DNA from: Promethearchaeota archaeon
GTDB taxonomy: Archaea; Asgardarchaeota; Lokiarchaeia; Sigyniarchaeales; SOKP01
Assembly (NCBI GenBank): GCA_048938025.1
Contig: JBHLMP010000026.1
Location: 1-18,499 of the forward strand
Length of the DNA: 18,499 bases
Direction of reading: 5' to 3'
This document shows positions 1 to 7,065 of this stretch, piece after piece. Below the pieces are notes generated by a model. The model saw nothing but the letters and a program-made list of their open reading frames with translations. It had not been told where the DNA came from and did no database searches. A program made the translations under genes and the position numbers. The stretch's first letter is position 1. Each line of letters opens with the position of its first letter.

Positions 1-93
1 GAGATTGATTTGGAAAAAACAGTTGATATTTTAGATAAAATTGAGTCGGCTAAACCCCAAATGGAAAATTTAATATTACAGATTATCCAATAA
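1..93 (+). CDS. 3' end of a gene entering from the left edge (partial, product unknown)
   Basis: Frame 1 is open from base 1 (EIDLEKTVDILDKIESAKPQMENLILQIIQ) to TAA at 91-93, looks like an amphipathic helix, and overlaps the convergent PfkB gene end by 11 nt. Confidence 0.6.
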   Translation, partial: EIDLEKTVDILDKIESAKPQMENLILQIIQ

Positions 94-1171
94 AATCCTG
101 ATTATTTTCAAGAGCAAACGTGTTTATAAAATTTTGAAGTTCTTCTGGAGTAGGAGCTTGTTGCCTTATAATTTTGTATATTGCCAAATAAGTAGCATAA
201 TTTCCACATGAGCTAAGAATAGATTTTAGTTGATCAGAATTCTCTTTTTTAAGCAATTCATTTAATTTAAAGTTATTTTCTACAGCATCGTATAATTTTT
301 TTAAAAATCCTGCAGCGTAACAATCTCCAGCTCCTGTTCGATCTACTATTTCTGAGACTTCAACACCAGGAAAGTGAAGTTTAAAGAAATCAGTTATTAT
401 ATAAGAACCCCTACCTCCTGCGGTATAAACCCGGATTTTTGCATATGGTTTGAATTTTTCATCAACTTCTATTATTGATGAATGTTTATTTTTTAAAATA
501 ATATATGCATCTTTCAAATTAAGAAAAAAAAGATCGTATCTTTTCTTTATTAATTGAGTTAATTGTTGTAAAGTTTGAACTTTTTGAGTTTCAATATTAT
601 ATGCTGTGATTAAATCTAATTGAGAAGCTCTTTCAAATATTTCTATAAATTTTTTGGCAATAGGAGTACAAAAAATTATTTTTCCATGCTTAAATACAAC
701 AGTATCTACTTTTATTCCCTCAAAATTCATTTTATTTTTCAAGTTTGGAGCTAAATGGATTTTAGTAGTAAAACTAGACTTTATTATAGTGCTAACTGGA
801 GTGATTTCATCTATTTGAAAAACAGCCTCAGTATTAATACCTAATGATTTTAATTCATCATACATCCATTTACTTCCTCTTCCAATGATCGAAATTAGTT
901 TTGTTGGAATTCCCAATCTAGTGAGAAATTCACTTGAATTATTACCATTGCCTCCACGTTTAAAATAACAATGACCGATGATTTTTTTAGGTGTTTCTGA
1001 AAATCCACTTTTGATAACTTTCTCGAATATCTTGCGATTTAAATCATCGGGATTATATTTGATAAATTGACTTAATCGAGATACTATTTTTTCAACAAGT
1101 TGCTCATAAAAATCGCTTTCGTAATAAAGATCTAGATGCAGCTCACCTAGAACCAGTATTTCTTTTAACAT
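83..1171 (-). CDS. PfkB/ribokinase-family carbohydrate kinase
   Basis: N-terminal ILVLGELHLD strand, RGGNGNN..LTRLG (PfkB signature 1) and DRTGAGDCYAAGF (signature 2 with catalytic Asp and anion hole); GGAG upstream of the ATG. Confidence 0.9.
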   Translation of the reverse strand: MLKEILVLGELHLDLYYESDFYEQLVEKIVSRLSQFIKYNPDDLNRKIFEKVIKSGFSETPKKIIGHCYFKRGGNGNNSSEFLTRLGIPTKLISIIGRGSKWMYDELKSLGINTEAVFQIDEITPVSTIIKSSFTTKIHLAPNLKNKMNFEGIKVDTVVFKHGKIIFCTPIAKKFIEIFERASQLDLITAYNIETQKVQTLQQLTQLIKKRYDLFFLNLKDAYIILKNKHSSIIEVDEKFKPYAKIRVYTAGGRGSYIITDFFKLHFPGVEVSEIVDRTGAGDCYAAGFLKKLYDAVENNFKLNELLKKENSDQLKSILSSCGNYATYLAIYKIIRQQAPTPEELQNFINTFALENNQDFIG

Positions 1172-1202
1172 GTTAGTTCTCCATCATAAAATAAATCTTT
1201 AA

Positions 1203-1305
1203 CGCAGATGGAGGGAATCGAACCCCCGAGCGCTTTCGCGCACCGGCTCTCTATGTCATCAAAAAACTCTCGAGGCCGGCGTCTTACCAGCTAGGCTACA
1301 TCTGC
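1203..1305 (-). tRNA. tRNA-Ser(CGA) with a 20-nt intron at canonical position 37/38
   Basis: Reverse complement folds as a cloverleaf: acceptor GCAGATG/CATCTGC with discriminator G, D-loop AGCTGGTA, anticodon stem CCGGC/GCCGG with CT-CGA-G[intron]A, long variable arm GCGC-GAAA-GCGC, T arm GGGGG-TTCGATT-CCCTC. No CCA encoded. Confidence 0.93.
1249..1268 (-). other. tRNA intron (AGTTTTTTGATGACATAGAG)
   Basis: Removing these 20 nt restores a 7-nt anticodon loop CTCGAGA. Flanking GA repeats make the exact boundary slightly ambiguous; the canonical 37/38 position is assumed. Confidence 0.85.
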
Positions 1306-1350
1306 TTAAATGTGAAATTAAATAAAACTACTATTAATTTTAAAATGGAA

Positions 1351-1370
1351 TAGATATAAATTTCTTTCCT
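1351..1370 (-). promoter_or_regulatory. Putative archaeal BRE/TATA promoter for tRNA-Ser
   Basis: Minus strand reads AGGAAAGAAA-TTTATATCTA (purine-rich BRE-like element then TATA-like box) about 50 nt upstream of the mature tRNA 5' end. The AT-rich background limits certainty. Confidence 0.45.
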
Positions 1371-1392
1371 TTTTAAGGTTAAGAGAAACTAG

Positions 1393-1695
1393 TTATTTCG
1401 ATACTGGTACGTAGATTTTTAATTTTAAAGAGGGATCTAGTAATTTTATTAATCCTTCTTCTTCATATTGTTTAAATAATAATTTTACTGTTGAGACTCT
1501 TATATCATACTTTAATGCAATATCTGTTGCTAGAATGCTTTTCCTTTTTAATATTTCTTCTTTTAGATCTTTCTCAAGCTTTCTCGGAATGAATGCATCT
1601 CTCTCAACAATATTTATCTGCTTGGTTCTTCCATATTTTCTTCTTAGATTTAATGTTCCTTTTCTTACAATTAGTTTTTCTTCTTTCTCAGACAA
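1393..1695 (-). CDS. rps25e: 30S ribosomal protein S25e (eS25)
   Basis: 100-aa basic protein with Lys/Arg-rich N-terminus and a winged-helix core (ILATDIALKYDIRVSTVKLLFKQYEEEGLIKL...KIY) matching eS25; TTG start with GTGAT upstream. Confidence 0.82.
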   Translation of the reverse strand: MSEKEEKLIVRKGTLNLRRKYGRTKQINIVERDAFIPRKLEKDLKEEILKRKSILATDIALKYDIRVSTVKLLFKQYEEEGLIKLLDPSLKLKIYVPVSK

Positions 1696-1847
1696 ATAAA
1701 ATCACAAAATTTTCTCGAAGATGAGTATTTGAATAATTTGAAATAAAAAATATTTAAAATCTAATAAAATTTTTGATTTAATATTGAATTATAAATAAGA
1801 TAGATATTCCTAACCAAAATATAATGAGTTTTTAAGCTACAAGGAAA

Positions 1848-2486
1848 TTGAGGGAAGAAATTAATTTTAATGTAAAGAAAGAGAGACCAGAAGAGATTTA
1901 CCAGAACATTTTTGATTACTATACGGAACAAACAATTGTTCAATATGCTACTTCAAAAAGTATGAAAAAAATACAAGAAAAGATAACATTAAGAGTTCTA
2001 GAAATCTTAGATCTTAAAAATAAAAATTATTTTGTTTTAGATGCAGGCAGTGGACCAGGTTTTGCATCTATTTTTTTAAATTCAGTTGGATTTCAAAAAG
2101 TTATTGCTCTAGATTTAATCCCTGATTTTTTGAAATTTTTTGATCTTAAAGATGTGAATCCAATATTAGCTGATATGTGTTTTCTTCCATTTAGATCTCA
2201 TACTTTTGATGCTGTCATTTCAATTTCAGCTTTACAATGGATATATAGAGATATTAATAACAAAAGTATGGATTTGAAGTTAATAAATATGATAAAGTCT
2301 TTCTATAATGCTCTAAAGCCTAAATGTAAGGCAGTAATTCAGTTTTATCCTAAGAATAAAACTATTATGAAAAATATAGGAAAAATAATTGTGAAGAATA
2401 CCGATTTTAATGGCAATTTCATAATAGATAATCCAAATAATCCTAAAAAAAGAAAAATTTTCTTATTTTTGAAGAAAAATAAATAA
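1848..2486 (+). CDS. Class I SAM-dependent methyltransferase, Bud23/WBSCR22-like (candidate SSU rRNA m7G methyltransferase)
   Basis: Motif I VLDAGSGPG plus Bud23-type blocks RPEE, IQEKITLRVLEILDL, DM..LPFR..TFDAVISISALQW, QFYPKN and IIDNPNNPKKRKIFLFL; TTG start. Confidence 0.82.
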   Translation: MREEINFNVKKERPEEIYQNIFDYYTEQTIVQYATSKSMKKIQEKITLRVLEILDLKNKNYFVLDAGSGPGFASIFLNSVGFQKVIALDLIPDFLKFFDLKDVNPILADMCFLPFRSHTFDAVISISALQWIYRDINNKSMDLKLINMIKSFYNALKPKCKAVIQFYPKNKTIMKNIGKIIVKNTDFNGNFIIDNPNNPKKRKIFLFLKKNK

Positions 2487-2763
2487 CTTTTATAAACAAT
2501 ATTGCGTGAAAGAAAAATTATAGATTACTAATGTGACATCTTTTTTAATAAATTTGCCATATGTAATGAAATTTAAACTATTGTATCACTGTTATGCTTA
2601 ATGTTTATTATCTAATTGTAAAGATTTTTATTTATATGATTTATTATTTTTATACATTTTTCAAAAATTAATAAAAGCATATATACTATAAATGGGATCT
2701 TTAAGTTAACATATCCTATTTTTTCGTATAAAAAAAAATTTGGTATAAAAAACGGTAATAAAT

Positions 2764-5700
2764 ATGAATAGAATTTTTCATAAAAATACAAAATGCTTAA
2801 TTTCAGTTATTCTTTTGTCAATGCTCGTAGTAAGCTCTTTATCTACAATATTTCCAACGACGTCTAACAAAATGAACTCAAATTCTGATTTAGGAACTGA
2901 TCCATTAGATCCAATTGATGACAATTTAGAAGTTTCTGATACTTATCAAGTTGGTGATGAATATGAATTGGATGAGTGGTGGAATACTAGCTACAGATAT
3001 CGAATTGGTATTGAAATAGAAGAACTTGATGGTATAGATAGGTACGAACCTGTGGAACTTTTCTTGGAATTTGAAGAAAATACATATTATGAAGGTACTG
3101 AAAGAATTGTTGCATACTATGGACCTGGTAATTGGAGCGATCCTATACCTGTTCAGGTATGGAATGTTGAAAAATATAATGGTGTTTTTATTCAAAATTG
3201 TTCAGCTACCTTTATCGCGAGTGTTTCAGCAAATAACAATCAAACTTACTTCTTTTATTATAATGAGAATGATGATAATATAGAAACTGGCGATATTTAT
3301 GATACTGGTTTTGAAAGTGATTTTACTGGTGGGACAACTTTAACAGTTAATATTGCTGGAGATTCCGGATCTGATTATTCATTAATACTTCAAGAAGGTT
3401 ATGGTGTAAAAGTATTAAAAAAAGATGGTCTTGATATAAATTATCACCAAGCAGAATCATTAGCTCCAGAAAAGCAATTAACACATCCAAATTTAGTATT
3501 TCTAGCTCATATGGATGAAAATACAGGTAATATGGTTTATGATTCAACTGGTAATGTACCTTTAGGCGGTTATATCTCTGAGGCTACTTGGACATCTGGG
3601 ATCGTAAGATATGGATTACATTTTGATGGTTTAGATGATTATGTTGATTTTGGGGCTGAGTTAGAGTCTCCGGGTGATCCATTTCATGGAGCAACTAGAG
3701 AATTTACTATGACAGCTTGGATAAAACCTGATGATTTGAGCGATTCCTCAACAACTAATCATGGTACTCAGAACTGCTTCATGGCGAAAGCAAGTGATCC
3801 ATATAATGATAATTTTGAAATAGGTGTAAATACTAACGGCAAAATTCATGTATATCTTGATATGGATGGTAGAGATAGTCAATTTGATTTTGATCTTACC
3901 GGAACAGTTGAAGTAGATAAATGGAATTTTGTTGCCTTAAAAGTTGATTTAACAAAACCCAATTATAAAGTAGGAGTTAAAGTTAACGACGCTTCTTTTC
4001 AATATACAACCAATTGGGATGCTGGTAATGATATGGATGAAGCATATGGCAGCACTTTTTCAATTGGATCTTCAGAACATATAAACAATTATTTTGGCGG
4101 TAGCATTGATGAAGTTGCTTTTTATGATATTCCCCTTTCTGATGAAGATATTGAAGATTTCAAATATTTATCTGAACCTTCTGTAATCGATCAAATAACT
4201 CTACTTGTAAAGGGGGATGTGTTTTCTCGCTATCAAGTTGATTGGACTGAGACTTTTGATATGCATGTATCAGATATTTGTACTTTTTATTGGGATTATA
4301 ATCTATGGAATATTGAACGAAGTATATATTTTGATGGTCCATACTACGCAAATGAATCTGCCATGATTCCATTGAATACGCACTATAATTATTCGCTAAT
4401 TAATGACCATGCTTCATGTAGATACATCTATGATGGTATTATTGATATTGATATAACAGATCCAGACTTTACTGCTGAAGATTATACGATTGTCTATAAT
4501 TATCCGGATTTATCCAAAGATGCAATAGGAATTTTCGTATCGAACTATACATTAACTAATCCAAGTCAAATGAGCATGACCTATTTTAATGGTACCACAA
4601 AGTATTATGATAATACAATCGATTTTACCCCAGGAGTGAATAATGATCTTGACAATAGTGGCGGAACTGCTATTAATACATTGATTGTACAATTTTGGGA
4701 ATTTGTTGATTCTGTTCCTTATGTAGGTAATAATGAATTAATTTGGTATTTCAATAATGTTAGTTCTTCACTTAAAAACCCTGTTAATATCTATATTTAT
4801 GAGGAAGACAGTAGATTCTATAATATTGAAGTATACGTTCAAGATTCCGATGGTAGACCTGTTCCTGAAGCAACAATTACTATTTGGAACAATACTGCTA
4901 GTGCTACTGAATACCAATGGAACCAAGACACTGATACAGCTGGATGGACTACTTTCAAGCGATTTATTAATGGAACATACGTTGTAAACGCTTCCTATGT
5001 CAGATATGGACAAACTCTAACTATTACTTCTTCTCAAACTGTCGTAGATCTCGGAGATATCGTTGATGAAAAAGGCGTCTATACTATAAATTTCTTAAAC
5101 GTTGACCTGACATCTATTATTTTAAATTGTTCAAGATACTATCAAAATAATTATCAAGGACCATTACCAGGTGCTAAATTAAACTTTACATTTGATGATG
5201 GAACTGGACCAGTAGTACTTAATGGTTATGAAACGACTAATGCAACAGGTGCAGCGGTTTTTCACTGGAAGGATACAACTTCTGGTAATGTAACCTTTTC
5301 CATTGAATGGTTTGGTTATCCACAATATCCTATTTCCACACCAGCTGATAATATCCCCGGTGATATCACTAAAATCAGTTTAAATTTCACGGAATATGCT
5401 TGGCATGAAGTTAATGTAACTCAAGGAACAGACTTTCAAACCCATTTAGAAGTCCATGACGAAGGAACACAATCAAAAGTAGTTGGAGAAACTATATCAT
5501 TATGGGTTTACTTTTATTTCACTGAAAATAACACAAATCCAATGCCAATGGAAGATCCTCTTACAATTACAATGGATCTAAAAGATGGTACAAGGATAAT
5601 TAATGAAAATCCATTAATCTTTAGTCCTGGAACTGGAGCAGGTAATTATAGCATTACATTTGATACTTCACAACCAATAGAAACAGGAGGAGAATCATGG

Positions 5701-7065
5701 CTTTCAGGTACATATTCAGTTTTAATAACTGCATCAAAACCTGGTTTTGACACTGCGTTTAATTCAACCGAGATTACATTATTAGATATACCTACACGAT
5801 TTAGCGCTAATGAAAGTGAATCATATGCAAACTGGCAAGAACAACTTATTTTTGACGTTCATTTAGAATATGAGGATTCTGGTGTTTGGTATGATTTAGA
5901 TAATGCCTTGGTTTCATATTACGTATTTCGACACGAGGAAATTTTCGGAACTCTAACTTGGTATGGTTCTGGTGGTTTATACAGGTTAGAAATGGAAAGT
6001 ACTGATTTTCCTAAAACGGGTGAATATGATTTAGTTATATCAGCAATCATACAAAATTATGAAACAAAAACAATTAGCCAACACGTTGTAATCCTTGAAA
6101 TCAGAACGTTTTTAAACAATTCGATCTCAATTGCTCAAAGTGAATCAGTGTATTTTGGAGTAGAAAAGATTTTTTACTTTAATTATACTGAAGCTATAAC
6201 TGGTTTGGGATTATCTGGTGCTGAAACAGCTTATTTTGATTGGGAGAAGCAAGATGACCTAGGCAATCGTTTAGCTGGTGGTTATGATGTTCCTCTGGTA
6301 AATGTAATTGATGGAATATATGCTCTTGATTTTGATACAGAGACCTTAGATATTGCAACTTATTTCTTTGATATCACTATTAAAAAAAATAATTATGAAG
6401 ATAGAAGAGCAACCCTTTATCTTTATATTACAAATAGAGATTTTACCCCAATAGAAAAAAGAAAATACGAAGTTGTATCTGGAGAAACATTAATAATTAC
6501 ACTAAACATTACAGACTTTAAAACTCATGAACAATTAGATATCGATATTGCTTATGTAACATTTAGGGGTCAAACCTTCAACTTCACTGGAAGTGGAGGA
6601 ATTTATACAGCTAGAATTACGAATATTCCTGATGCATTTATTATGCCAGAGACATTATTAGCAACAATTACAATTATAAGAGAAAATTATACAACAGCAG
6701 AAATCCAAATTACAATTGTTGTTCAAATGGTAGAGATTTTTCCAGGAATGCCATTATTCTATTTCTTAATGATCGTTGTCGCAGTGGGTGCTGTTGCTGG
6801 TAGTTTAGTTACATATCGATATGTACAGCAACGCAGGATTCCTACATTTGTTAAGAAAGCCAGAGAGATGAAAAGTAACATCAAAGGAAGAAAGTCAATT
6901 TCAGATTCACTTTTGTACCCTTCTAAAGAGCAGTATATAATAAGGAGATTAGGAGATAAATGGGAAATGCTAGGATTGTCATTAGAAGATATACTAGGAA
7001 TCGAAAGTAAGAAACGAAAAAAGATGTCAGAAATTAGTGAAGAATTTGAAGGAGGTGGGTTATAA
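2764..7065 (+). CDS. Large single-pass cell-surface glycoprotein with LamG/ConA-like domain and Ig-like beta-sandwich repeats
   Basis: Signal-like N-terminus (KNTKCLISVILLSMLVVSSL); WWNTSYRYRIGIEI motif; LamG signatures GLHFDGLDDYV, FTMTAWIKP, WNFVAL, FGGSIDEVAFYDIPLS (about nt 3490-4170); VQDSDGRPVPEATITI and TDTAGWTTF carboxypeptidase-regulatory/prealbumin-like repeat; about 27 NxS/T sequons; TM helix FYFLMIVVAVGAVAGSLVTY; about 80-aa basic cytoplasmic tail. Confidence 0.88.
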   Translation: MNRIFHKNTKCLISVILLSMLVVSSLSTIFPTTSNKMNSNSDLGTDPLDPIDDNLEVSDTYQVGDEYELDEWWNTSYRYRIGIEIEELDGIDRYEPVELFLEFEENTYYEGTERIVAYYGPGNWSDPIPVQVWNVEKYNGVFIQNCSATFIASVSANNNQTYFFYYNENDDNIETGDIYDTGFESDFTGGTTLTVNIAGDSGSDYSLILQEGYGVKVLKKDGLDINYHQAESLAPEKQLTHPNLVFLAHMDENTGNMVYDSTGNVPLGGYISEATWTSGIVRYGLHFDGLDDYVDFGAELESPGDPFHGATREFTMTAWIKPDDLSDSSTTNHGTQNCFMAKASDPYNDNFEIGVNTNGKIHVYLDMDGRDSQFDFDLTGTVEVDKWNFVALKVDLTKPNYKVGVKVNDASFQYTTNWDAGNDMDEAYGSTFSIGSSEHINNYFGGSIDEVAFYDIPLSDEDIEDFKYLSEPSVIDQITLLVKGDVFSRYQVDWTETFDMHVSDICTFYWDYNLWNIERSIYFDGPYYANESAMIPLNTHYNYSLINDHASCRYIYDGIIDIDITDPDFTAEDYTIVYNYPDLSKDAIGIFVSNYTLTNPSQMSMTYFNGTTKYYDNTIDFTPGVNNDLDNSGGTAINTLIVQFWEFVDSVPYVGNNELIWYFNNVSSSLKNPVNIYIYEEDSRFYNIEVYVQDSDGRPVPEATITIWNNTASATEYQWNQDTDTAGWTTFKRFINGTYVVNASYVRYGQTLTITSSQTVVDLGDIVDEKGVYTINFLNVDLTSIILNCSRYYQNNYQGPLPGAKLNFTFDDGTGPVVLNGYETTNATGAAVFHWKDTTSGNVTFSIEWFGYPQYPISTPADNIPGDITKISLNFTEYAWHEVNVTQGTDFQTHLEVHDEGTQSKVVGETISLWVYFYFTENNTNPMPMEDPLTITMDLKDGTRIINENPLIFSPGTGAGNYSITFDTSQPIETGGESWLSGTYSVLITASKPGFDTAFNSTEITLLDIPTRFSANESESYANWQEQLIFDVHLEYEDSGVWYDLDNALVSYYVFRHEEIFGTLTWYGSGGLYRLEMESTDFPKTGEYDLVISAIIQNYETKTISQHVVILEIRTFLNNSISIAQSESVYFGVEKIFYFNYTEAITGLGLSGAETAYFDWEKQDDLGNRLAGGYDVPLVNVIDGIYALDFDTETLDIATYFFDITIKKNNYEDRRATLYLYITNRDFTPIEKRKYEVVSGETLIITLNITDFKTHEQLDIDIAYVTFRGQTFNFTGSGGIYTARITNIPDAFIMPETLLATITIIRENYTTAEIQITIVVQMVEIFPGMPLFYFLMIVVAVGAVAGSLVTYRYVQQRRIPTFVKKAREMKSNIKGRKSISDSLLYPSKEQYIIRRLGDKWEMLGLSLEDILGIESKKRKKMSEISEEFEGGGL
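7051..7057 (+). promoter_or_regulatory. Shine-Dalgarno site GGAGGTG for the 7065 gene
   Basis: GGAGGTG lies 7 nt before the ATG at 7065, inside the last codons of the upstream gene; stop and start overlap as TAATG. Confidence 0.85.

Noticed and set aside
1229-1241. GC hairpin GCGC-TTTC-GCGC as a terminator or separate ncRNA
   Set aside because: It is the long variable arm of tRNA-Ser.
1203-1305. tRNA as an integration site for a mobile element
   Set aside because: No integrase or transposase and no duplicated tRNA 3' end were seen in the window.
1761-1943. 60-aa minus-strand ORF
   Set aside because: Overlaps the Bud23-like gene antisense and an AT-rich promoter region; no protein-like features.
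2487-2763. Long intergenic region as a possible ncRNA or operator array (short palindrome ATGTGACAT at 2531-2539)
   Set aside because: Extremely AT-rich with no stable structure visible; the palindrome is short enough to occur by chance.
2926-5013. Six short ORFs (2926-3195, 3071-3283, 3347-3547, 4160-4372, 4757-4987, 4768-5013)
   Set aside because: Shadow or out-of-frame ORFs inside the 1433-aa gene with no recognisable motifs.
7051-7065. C-terminal GGGL of the surface protein as a ubiquitin-like diglycine or processing signal
   Set aside because: The Gly codons are explained by the overlapping GGAGGTG Shine-Dalgarno site of the next gene, and no beta-grasp domain precedes them.
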